From: Tetramitus jugosus
Taxonomy: Eukaryota > Protista > Heterolobosea
Reading direction: 5' to 3'
Length of the DNA stretch: 64,000 bases
Assembly: GCA_937625935.1 (NCBI GenBank)
Contig: OW569370.1
Span: 310,001-374,000, forward strand
Both the position numbers and the translations under genes were made by a program. Under the pieces are notes generated by a model. It was not told the origin of the DNA, did not search any database, and was given only the letters and a program-made list of their open reading frames with translations. Shown piece by piece: positions 55,341 to 64,000 of the stretch; positions within the stretch are counted from its first letter, which is position 1; each line of letters opens with the position of its first letter.

Positions 55341-57023
55341 TTACAGCCATTGTTCATTATTGATGTATCTGTCTTGTCTCTTGACAAACTGGTTCTTCTT
55401 CAAAATTCTCTTCCAAACCAAATCTGGAGGCACGTATTCCCTTTCCAATGCGCCCATTCCCTTCTCCTGCAAATATTCAGTCACGGAGAACTCGTATTCA
55501 ATCTTTGAGTAGCACAGACCATGTGGCAGACGATTGTTGAACATTTTGGCCAGAGACATGCTTCTTCTGTCATTGTAAGCTTGAACGAGCTTTGGATCAA
55601 CAGTGGAGCCATTGTGGTTCAATCTGTATTCGGAATCTCCAATCTCGGAAGCTTCGACAGTGGATGGATCGAATTGAGACAAATTGTGAATCATCTTTTG
55701 ATCAATTTGAGTAAACACGTGGTCTTGCTCATACCAGTGAACATTCTTTGACATGTTCTTCAAATGATCCAAATATCTCTGAGATTGCTTGTACTTTGCA
55801 TCAACAGACAATTCCTTGAATTGATCGAGTGACTTGTTGTCAATGGTTGCATCCTGTTCATAAATCATGATGTAGTATCTGCCAACACCACCATACTCAC
55901 ATGGCAATGGTGCCAAATAGTCGTACATGACATGAGTAGAGTTGTTGTTGTTGTTGTTGTTGTTGCTTGTGCATTCCTTTTGAATGAATTCGTTCATTTG
56001 TTGGCAATTGTTGGTGCCAGGAATGTTGGCGACCCACCAGTGAACAAACACACCAGGATCAGAGTGCAATCGATGTGGATAATCGCTAGTCACCAAAACG
56101 ACCGAGTACAGCTTGTTCGAGTCGAATTGAGTGGTATCGGATGGGAAGTGAATGCTTGGAATGTTGGATTGAGTCTGATGAGGTCTCACCCAATTTCCCT
56201 GCAAGAATGCATGTTCCCATATCTGATAACGCTTGTTGCCTTCACTACTGTTGTTGTCATCATCATCGTCATACTTTGCACTGGTTGGATTCCATTGTGC
56301 ACTCACATTGACACAAAGAGTCTTTCCGTGATCAGTCGCATTGACATATGTTTTTTCATACTGTTCCAATTGATCCAAATTCAATGTCACAGTATCCACG
56401 GTTCTACTCTGTGAGATTTCTGCGTGTTGCGGTGTAATGCGATCATAGGGCATTCCAATCTTTGGCTTCAAATCGTTCGTCTCTTCAAAAAATAACTCTG
56501 ATTGAACATCATCAGCAATCATGTTGACCAACAATGAGTCTCTCAGTGTCAAATTTCCGTTTGGATCATATTGTCCTTGATGATCCTGAGGCATACTGTT
56601 GAATTGTTTGTTGGAGATGGACTGTGGATTTCTGAACACGGCACTGCGCTTCTTCATCAAATGTGGTCTCTTCTTTTCCTTGTCGTTCAATGGATATCTT
56701 GGATGATTCATGTGAGAATCAATCTGTTTTTTGCTTGGGAACAGAGTCAAGTGACTAATCAACTCCAATTCAGGCTTCTTGAGATAGGGTTTCTCAAAAG
56801 CAAGAGGTGTGGACTCTGCGGTGCGTCGTGCTTGGAACAGTGTTGGTATGTGATGTTGTTTGTATGGTGGCAGTGTTCTACGATGCAATTGGAATTGACC
56901 ACGGTTCATTTGCTTTTGAACAAGTGGATTAGGATGGTGCTTCATGACTGGTGATGCTGAGGATGAGGATGATGCTGATGCAGCAGTGGCTACACTGGTT
57001 GCCAATCGCTTCTTGGAGGACAT
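55341..57023 (-). CDS. MRPL38: PEBP-domain protein, probably mitochondrial ribosomal protein mL38
   Basis: LYSVVLVTSDYP, FVHWWVANIPG, DYLAPLP...GRYYIMIYEQ; basic N-terminus. Confidence 0.7.
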   Translation of the reverse strand: MSSKKRLATSVATAASASSSSSASPVMKHHPNPLVQKQMNRGQFQLHRRTLPPYKQHHIPTLFQARRTAESTPLAFEKPYLKKPELELISHLTLFPSKKQIDSHMNHPRYPLNDKEKKRPHLMKKRSAVFRNPQSISNKQFNSMPQDHQGQYDPNGNLTLRDSLLVNMIADDVQSELFFEETNDLKPKIGMPYDRITPQHAEISQSRTVDTVTLNLDQLEQYEKTYVNATDHGKTLCVNVSAQWNPTSAKYDDDDDNNSSEGNKRYQIWEHAFLQGNWVRPHQTQSNIPSIHFPSDTTQFDSNKLYSVVLVTSDYPHRLHSDPGVFVHWWVANIPGTNNCQQMNEFIQKECTSNNNNNNNNSTHVMYDYLAPLPCEYGGVGRYYIMIYEQDATIDNKSLDQFKELSVDAKYKQSQRYLDHLKNMSKNVHWYEQDHVFTQIDQKMIHNLSQFDPSTVEASEIGDSEYRLNHNGSTVDPKLVQAYNDRRSMSLAKMFNNRLPHGLCYSKIEYEFSVTEYLQEKGMGALEREYVPPDLVWKRILKKNQFVKRQDRYINNEQWL

Positions 57024-57179
57024 TTTTGATGAATGTGTTTTTGTGTGAATGCTGCTGATTGATGACTCCCAGTACTTTTTTTTGTTTTTGCGATTGTGTG
57101 CGTGAAAAATGTTACAAAGAAAAAATGCTTTGCGGAGAATCAATCTACTCCGACATCTTTGGAGCCAAGTGTATTATTG

Positions 57180-58736
57180 TTACAACAGATTGCTTGCCTG
57201 TTGTTGCAAGAGGAAGAGTCCAGTGCTGACACCGACAGTCAGAAATACGGTGGCCCACATGACCCACGACGAGGAAGAACCGTGTTTCAATGCCGGTGAC
57301 TGTGACCTTTGTTGTTGTATGCGCCGCAAACGACGTTCCTGCTCCATTTCTTCCCTTTCGAGCTCTCTTAGCTCTTCTTCACCAATGAGAGGTATCGTTT
57401 GCATGAGTTCCTTGATTTTCAAAGCTTGTTGTATGATGTATTCCCACACTGTCATTGTTTCCTGCTCATTGTTGTCATTAATGCGACGATTCGTGCTCTG
57501 TGTGGAGGGTGGCACATATTGTTCATAGCACCACTCTTGAGGTATCCGATTCAACAGAGCAAACACTTGAGCAAAATCAGGCCTACTCACCTCTTTTCTC
57601 TTCTTCTTCTTCTTCTGCTGCTTGTTACTAACATCTTGATCATCTTCATCTTCACTCTGATTGTCTTGATCACTGTTATCGTCATTATCGTCATCATCGT
57701 CATCAGTGACAGTGTCATCATCATCCCGTTTTCGATACAGCACTTCCTGTTTTCGATAAATAACAATACTAACGGCCATATAGATACAAAATATGCTTCC
57801 ATGAGCAATCACTGCATCCATCACCTTTTCTGCCACACTCAAATCATCAATCACATGACTGTACCATGTCAACACCCAACTCAACGCATAATGACCCTGA
57901 TCCAAATCACACTTTTTCAAATAATGTGCATACTCTTTTTCTCCGACAGAGTACAATATCGAATAAATGGATTGGAGTTGATTGAGAACAGACTCCAATG
58001 TACTATTGTTGACATGAAGGTTCAAATACGTGCGCATCGGCATCAAATACCGATTCATTAGTTCGAGAGTCATGGATGGACCTACTGATAGCATTAACAC
58101 TGAACACAATTCATGAAATCCTTGATAGTAATGTGGAGTCATTGTTGTTATTTGTTTTGTATCATCATCATCATCATCATCATTGTCATTTTCATTTTCA
58201 TCACCATCATCACTAACATCACTATCATTATTGTATTGAGCAATCGGATGAGAGAGAATCGAGTTGACCAAATGAGACAATTGTTGACGTTTGATTGTGC
58301 GATCCGATTCATCGGGAACAAATTTGTAGAGACTTCGAATCACGTCCTTGTCTACTTGATCCACATACTCGTGATGATATTGACCACCATCATCACCATC
58401 ACCATTATTACTATTATTACTACTATTATTAGTCATCACTAATGTTGATGGAAAATGTTCATCATTTGAATCATGATGATGCATCATGGATGAAACATGT
58501 GGGAATTGATGAGAGAGTAAGAGTGCATAGATTCTCTGTCGAAAGTGTCGATTGTGATAGGCGAGTTTATGCGTGGAGAATTGAATCAGTTGATCAACAT
58601 CTGCATCATCAAGTGCCGATTGTAATTTGGATACATGTACTTGTTGTTGTTGTTGTTTGGTTTGAACATGTTGTTGTTGGTGGTGAGTGTGGGATGATGA
58701 GCTGGGATGAGAAATGGAAGTCGAATAATTTATCAT
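57180..58736 (-). CDS. TBC1D20: TBC-domain Rab GAP of the TBC1D20/Gyp8 family, tail-anchored
   Basis: QVDKDVIRS, HYYQGFHEL, YALSWVLTWYSH, C-terminal TM helix. Confidence 0.85.
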   Translation of the reverse strand: MINYSTSISHPSSSSHTHHQQQHVQTKQQQQQVHVSKLQSALDDADVDQLIQFSTHKLAYHNRHFRQRIYALLLSHQFPHVSSMMHHHDSNDEHFPSTLVMTNNSSNNSNNGDGDDGGQYHHEYVDQVDKDVIRSLYKFVPDESDRTIKRQQLSHLVNSILSHPIAQYNNDSDVSDDGDENENDNDDDDDDDTKQITTMTPHYYQGFHELCSVLMLSVGPSMTLELMNRYLMPMRTYLNLHVNNSTLESVLNQLQSIYSILYSVGEKEYAHYLKKCDLDQGHYALSWVLTWYSHVIDDLSVAEKVMDAVIAHGSIFCIYMAVSIVIYRKQEVLYRKRDDDDTVTDDDDDDNDDNSDQDNQSEDEDDQDVSNKQQKKKKKRKEVSRPDFAQVFALLNRIPQEWCYEQYVPPSTQSTNRRINDNNEQETMTVWEYIIQQALKIKELMQTIPLIGEEELRELEREEMEQERRLRRIQQQRSQSPALKHGSSSSWVMWATVFLTVGVSTGLFLLQQQASNLL

Positions 58737-58789
58737 GCTGCTGTGTTTGTGTTCGTCGTTTTTTTATCGCTGTGCCGTGATGCCTGCTT

Positions 58790-60112
58790 TCATTTTTGAA
58801 AATTGAAAATAGGACAGAGTCTGTTCTTCATCCGTTCCTTTCTCTCTCTGAGTGCTTTCACTTCCTGCTGCAGTTCACTGATTGCTTTCTCTTTTTGTTC
58901 CACTTTGAGATCAATTTGCTCCACTAGGGAGATCACTAACTCCAAGGGTGCCATACTTTGGTCAGTCGATTCGGACTCTGGTTCAGATTGTGGCTCTATT
59001 GTTGGTGACTGTGGATTGTTTCTTGTGACTCTTCGCTCGGCTTTGGTAGGTGAAAGAGTCTCGTCTGTTCTCACCTTCTTTGGTGATGGCTCATTGTAGT
59101 TCTGATCCCCTTTCTCATAATCAGATACATCATCGTAGTCGCTATTACTGTCATCTTCAGACCCACGGGGTCGTTTCTTTGAGAGATCGGACATCAACAT
59201 TTGGCCATTGTATTGCTCTCTTTTGTTTCCATTCACGCAATGGTTTATCATGTACTCTCTCGTGAAACACTCGGCTGTCTGATTTTGGTCTTTGTACTTG
59301 ATGAGCTGCCACTTTTCATTCACCATGATTGCAACTCTCCCTGCCCACCGATTGTGTCCTCTACCCTTTCTGCGAAAAAGAAGATCAAGGATGAGACCTA
59401 TTCTAGATACCAGAGCTCCTTTCTGGAGAAATGGTTCTATCGAGCTATCAGCGATACTCATTACTTTTACAACAGATATTTGACTGTCGACAAAGAGCAA
59501 TTCTCCCTCTATCACCGTTTTGTTCTCCTTGAAAAACCTTACTTTGGTGGGAACAGGGATGATAGATGGTAGCGGGGTGTTGATGGTACCATCAGAGGTT
59601 TCAGTCCCGAAAGGTGTATCATTACTGTCTTCATCTTCACTAGAAGCTTCCTCATCGCTATTTTCATCACGACTTTGAAACAAGTGAAGAAAGGCTTCTT
59701 TTTTTTTCTTGTTGGTGGCATTCAACTCGAGATACTCTTTACAAAGCCTCTTTCTCAGATCAACAGGGTCGTTCAAGTCAACACTGTTTCCAGGTTCAAT
59801 CATTTTCCTCCATTGTCCGCCTACTTTTATGGAGACTCTGCCAGCCCAAGTAGTCACAGAGCCCTTGTTCTTTGGGTACATCTCGAGGATGTCATTAACC
59901 ATTGCAAACTGTTGGGTTTTTTTGAGTGTCCGGAATTCTTCTGGAACCACACCGACATTGGGTATCTCATCCATTGTAACAACGGAATAGACCTGGTCAA
60001 TGTACTCTAATATTCCCTCGGCAACAAGTTTGCCATTGCAATGGAACCTGATGGGGGTTGGGACGACGAGTTGGATCTTTGCTTGATTGCTGTTAGAACT
60101 TGAGTTCGACAT
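58790..60112 (-). CDS. Hypothetical nuclear protein with an internally duplicated ~100-aa domain and C-terminal coiled coil
   Basis: Two VPTxxRF...EGxL...SVV...WAGRVxIxVxxxW units; NLS-like KKRPR and PKKVR; first ATG at 60112. Confidence 0.7.
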   Translation of the reverse strand: MSNSSSNSNQAKIQLVVPTPIRFHCNGKLVAEGILEYIDQVYSVVTMDEIPNVGVVPEEFRTLKKTQQFAMVNDILEMYPKNKGSVTTWAGRVSIKVGGQWRKMIEPGNSVDLNDPVDLRKRLCKEYLELNATNKKKKEAFLHLFQSRDENSDEEASSEDEDSNDTPFGTETSDGTINTPLPSIIPVPTKVRFFKENKTVIEGELLFVDSQISVVKVMSIADSSIEPFLQKGALVSRIGLILDLLFRRKGRGHNRWAGRVAIMVNEKWQLIKYKDQNQTAECFTREYMINHCVNGNKREQYNGQMLMSDLSKKRPRGSEDDSNSDYDDVSDYEKGDQNYNEPSPKKVRTDETLSPTKAERRVTRNNPQSPTIEPQSEPESESTDQSMAPLELVISLVEQIDLKVEQKEKAISELQQEVKALRERKERMKNRLCPIFNFQK

Positions 60113-60818
60113 TGGGTATGGCAGTTGATTTGAGTCACTTGTTTGTTTCGATGACACGCTGCTTGGAGCTTCTCCCTAACGATCTTCTCCCAAGAAACTT
60201 TCTTACAATTTGGATAGTTCAACAAAGTTTGATTGGTGTCCTTCTCTGAGTTGGGGTGAGTTGTAAGGTCATTGTAATTTTTCTCCGATGCAAGCAAAAA
60301 TCCTTGCCGGATCTTCACTTCCAAGGCGAGAAGAAGATTGTGAGTCTTGATTTTTGTGAACACCAACGCCTGCACACCTAGAAAAGGACGTCCAAGTATC
60401 TCCTCCTTAAGAGTCTAAACCCTCGTGTGTTCAATAGCGTCGGAGTTTCAATGCGTAACATCTCTCCAAATCCTGTGTCCCTGGTACCAGAAGAATGCCG
60501 ATGAGTATTGCTCGCCCGAACATTCAGAGTTAACCAACAAGTTTTATCAATACCTGACCCGAGGAAAAAGGTGCTCTATTGGTTTGCATGGGTTTCTGAG
60601 TTTTCTAAATCGCCAGCGACATTTCAGGGTTAATCTCCACCCTCGAGCTTTTCTTTCAATTCCATCGGCAGGGAAACTATTGACCAGAAGTCCAATTCTA
60701 CTGCCCGAATGCAAAGAACCCGAGAAAAAGATCTACTGTTGTTTTGTGCTGACTGCGAAGTTCGTCGGAACGGAGAAATGAAATCAAAGAACGGCAGTTC
60801 AACACAAAACAACAACTT

Positions 60819-62060
60819 ATGAAGCGTGATAACAAACTTCTGTTTGTGTCCATTTGTTTCACAATCTTCCTGTTCGTTTTACTCTTTTCCAACAACAGAA
60901 ACACAAAAATTGATGTCCCCGTTGTGTTCTTTGTGGAGAATGCACGTTCCCCTTGTGTAAAGGGTGTGAACAGCGTGGTACACATGGCTGTGACTCAAGC
61001 TGCTCTCTATAATGATCGAATCATTATTGTTGGTTGTAAGTTGTTGGCTCAGTTTGTCGAAGAGAACAACCACGATTTCCCATGGTCTTCCGTTCAAGTT
61101 TATGACTTAGAGCAGTATCTCGATGATCCAGATGTTCTCGATTTCAAGAAAGAATACTTTTCAGGTGATATCCCAAAAGCTGATGATTCATCTTTGCGTC
61201 AATTCGAGTTTATTTGCTTCCAGAGATGGTTCATCTTGTCAAAATTGATGAAGGATGCACAACTCGAGTACATTGCTGCTATGGACAATGATGTTTTATT
61301 GTACACAAATATGACAGAATATTTTAATGTGTATAGAGGAGCTCATCGAGCTGATTTGTACCTGTCGTTCCTTCCACATCGAGTTTCAGGTCATACTTCG
61401 ATAATGAGCAGGCGGGCTCTCTTGGAGATTGTTGATTTCATTAGGGATGGAATGAAGTCATTGAGAGCGTCTGGTGATAGTCGAAGATCTAATGACATGG
61501 AATTCCTCAGATATTACTCCTATAAAGCTATTAATGACAAGCTGAGGCAACATGGAGATGTATTTGATTATAAGGAGCAGTGTTGGGTTACAGAGTCATA
61601 TGAAACCTGTAGGGAGTATTCCAATTTTGGATTGTCTGAACCGTGGAAAAGTTTGAAGTCGTCTTTCGAGCCAGTTTCCTTGACAAAGAAACAACTCTTT
61701 AAGGCACCTGTGTTTACCTACCTGGATGAAAGGCATTTTAGCTGGCGCTATAGAGAAGAATCAATCAATGGCCATCGATACAGAAGAGATGTTGGCGCAC
61801 TTGATCATAACTTTGATCATGATCCAGAGTTGCAATATGAAACAAACAAGAATCGAACGAAGGTTGTGTACTGGATCAACAGGTTCCCTTACTTTAATCG
61901 ATTCGACACACCATACCTCATATCTGCCATGAGTCTTCACTTCCAAGGTGAGAAGAAGAAGATGATGAGTCGATATATGCAAAGAAGACGACCACGATTC
62001 AACGACCCACCTTGTTTTTGCATTTCAACTGAGGTGGATGATTGTCAATCCTGTAGATAG
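60819..62060 (+). CDS. Type II membrane glycosyltransferase-like protein (GT-A, DxD)
   Basis: N-terminal TM anchor; ICFQRWFIL...MDNDVLLY; LHFQGEKK. Confidence 0.7.
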   Translation: MKRDNKLLFVSICFTIFLFVLLFSNNRNTKIDVPVVFFVENARSPCVKGVNSVVHMAVTQAALYNDRIIIVGCKLLAQFVEENNHDFPWSSVQVYDLEQYLDDPDVLDFKKEYFSGDIPKADDSSLRQFEFICFQRWFILSKLMKDAQLEYIAAMDNDVLLYTNMTEYFNVYRGAHRADLYLSFLPHRVSGHTSIMSRRALLEIVDFIRDGMKSLRASGDSRRSNDMEFLRYYSYKAINDKLRQHGDVFDYKEQCWVTESYETCREYSNFGLSEPWKSLKSSFEPVSLTKKQLFKAPVFTYLDERHFSWRYREESINGHRYRRDVGALDHNFDHDPELQYETNKNRTKVVYWINRFPYFNRFDTPYLISAMSLHFQGEKKKMMSRYMQRRRPRFNDPPCFCISTEVDDCQSCR

Positions 62061-62736
62061 TTGCTTGAATAGCAGTTCAAAATTTCTCTTCGTCGAGGAA
62101 CTATTACCTGGTACAGAAGTTTTTAGAAGAGAAAAGAATGGATGAGTCTCAAGTTTGGAAAACAAGGAGGTCCATCCTAAAAACCCGCCGAGACAGGTGC
62201 AAAAGTCAGGTAAACAATCACAATACGAGAGTTACGCTCTTCCAAAAAGTCTTCTTTGTTAGTTACATGCCCGTCTCTTTGATTGGATTGTTATGTTCTT
62301 GCTTCTATTTGCTTCTCACTCCTTGTTTTGGCTAGATTTTGAGTCTGGAGCTCAGGCATCTTCAATACCAACAGCGACCAAGTCCCCTCATATTCTTTGA
62401 GCTAATACATTGTCACAGTTGATGAGAAGCGAAATAGAGAACACCTGGAGAGAGGTAGGTAGTCGGAAAATACCGTAGCACATCTCAGTATCTATTCTGG
62501 TTGAGCCTAGCAATCAAGAAAGAAACTTGTCAATGGAATGCATTCTTGGGTTGTCTCTGTAAATCACCCAACTATCCTCCTTGTTTAGACTCCGATTCAT
62601 CTCGAGATTGAACCTCCAGATTTTTTCCTCCTCGTTTCACACAAAAAAAACACTCACTATTTACACTCTTGCACCACCCGACTGCTCTGACATTTTGTTC
62701 TCCTCTCTTTGTCAATCTCTCTTATCTAAAAAGCCA

Positions 62737-64000
62737 ATGATGACATCATCACCACCACTAGCAGCAGTAGCATCGCAACACCTTCCCACCACTGACCACA
62801 TTCATCATTATTCATCATCATCATCTACTACTACCACTACCACTACCACTACTACTACTAATAACAATATCACACAAAATACCACCATGAATGATTGTCA
62901 TTGTCGCCCACAAGAATTACCAGATGAACTATTGATTCACATATTGTCATTCATTGATCCCATTGACCTGTATCACTCGTATCGCACAGTATTCACATGC
63001 AAGCACTGGATTATGAATTTGTGGCCCTATTGCAAAACCACTCTACGATTCAATTCCATGCACAAGATTTATCGTCAAATGAATCAGTCTTATTCACCAA
63101 TGAAACTATTGCAACAACAACAACAATCCATGAACAATCACTACAATTCTATGCATATGAACAATCACAATCACAATCATACGATTCGTAGTAGTAGTCT
63201 TAGTAGTAGTAGTAGCAGTAGTAGTAGTGCTGATAAGAATAGTATCGCCGTACAATCATGTGATCATGATACTGATCAATACAATATGGATTATTATCAT
63301 TATGTATTGTGCAATAATAAGAATAGGGGTTTGGATGAGAGTCATCCATTCATGAGAAGCAATCATTTATTGTTGGATCCATTCATGATTCAATATCCCA
63401 ATATTCAACACTTGTCCATTCAAGAGTACAAGTGCATGACTGATTCATTCATTGATAAACTGTTGAACTCGTATCACAAGAATCAATTGATTGATTTGGA
63501 TTTGTCTTATCACTATTATCATCAGAGTACTCCTACTACTACTATTACTACTACTACTACTAACAATAACAATAATAGTAATACTAATAGTAATAGAAGC
63601 AAATTTACGAGTAAATCATTGGAATTGATTGGTCAAACATGTTCATTATCACTAGAGACGTTGAATATTGCTGGTAGTGAGAATTTGGTGACTCAGAGAT
63701 TGTCTCTGTTTAATGATGACAAACGAAGGAGGCACTACAAGAAGAAGAGTTATCAACAACAACAACAACAGAATAATGACATGACATCTTTATCAGAGTC
63801 ATCAGAGTCATCATCCTATTCAGTGAGTCAATTTATTCATCAACAACTCAAGAATTGTGTAAAGTTGAAAGAATTGGATTTGACTGATCTATCATGCATT
63901 GGATGGGATCAATTGTTTCAATTGATTCAACTCTTTTCTACTACTACTACTACTACTACTACTACTAGTACTAGTACTGCTCTTAACACTGTGAATACGA
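62737..64000 (+). CDS. F-box/LRR protein, runs off the window (absent from the ORF track)
   Basis: Manual translation from ATG 62737: ELPDELLIHILSFID F-box, then LRR units (LIDLDLSY, LETLNIAG, CVKLKELDLTD) with Thr/Asn/Ser tracts. Confidence 0.85.
   Translation, partial: MMTSSPPLAAVASQHLPTTDHIHHYSSSSSTTTTTTTTTTTNNNITQNTTMNDCHCRPQELPDELLIHILSFIDPIDLYHSYRTVFTCKHWIMNLWPYCKTTLRFNSMHKIYRQMNQSYSPMKLLQQQQQSMNNHYNSMHMNNHNHNHTIRSSSLSSSSSSSSSADKNSIAVQSCDHDTDQYNMDYYHYVLCNNKNRGLDESHPFMRSNHLLLDPFMIQYPNIQHLSIQEYKCMTDSFIDKLLNSYHKNQLIDLDLSYHYYHQSTPTTTITTTTTNNNNNSNTNSNRSKFTSKSLELIGQTCSLSLETLNIAGSENLVTQRLSLFNDDKRRRHYKKKSYQQQQQQNNDMTSLSESSESSSYSVSQFIHQQLKNCVKLKELDLTDLSCIGWDQLFQLIQLFSTTTTTTTTTSTSTALNTVNT

Noticed and set aside
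62138-62335. 65-aa ORF (also 3692-3913 and 60425-60781)
   Set aside because: Short, motif-free and without supporting coding signals.
1-64000. tRNA/rRNA genes; TTG/GTG starts in the ORF track
   Set aside because: No cloverleaf or rRNA signature seen by eye (tRNAscan not run); starts were reassigned to in-frame ATGs because the DNA is eukaryotic.

Overview
Gene-dense eukaryotic (protist) DNA: about 33 protein-coding genes, short intergenic gaps, a few short spliceosomal introns (mostly GTATGT donors, CTAAC/CTGAC branch sites) and many Asn/Gln/Asp/Thr tracts. The style suggests a heterolobosean/Discoba-like amoeboflagellate (inference only); CFAP57 and Rab23 imply a flagellate stage. Most genes are housekeeping: sestrin, NTH1, PDK1, SQT1/AAMP, insulysin, ACAD8, PIG-V, RRS1, FIG4, CFAP57, TRAP-alpha, RAB23, mL38 and TBC1D20. 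The standout is a ~4 kb block (about 27,200-31,190) between the SQT1 and insulysin genes. It holds three abutting host-gene fragments (C2HC zinc-finger pair, frameshifted VPS35, GAF-like piece), then an intact 606-aa Fanzor1/TnpB-family ORF whose third RuvC Asp is changed to Gly. Directly after the ORF is a ~90-nt structured, pseudoknot-capable omegaRNA-like sequence that shares bases with the stop codon of the convergent insulysin gene, so the predicted guide is antisense to that gene's last codons. No transposase, tRNA, rRNA or CRISPR array was seen. All family calls are by-eye motif recognition; no searches were run.
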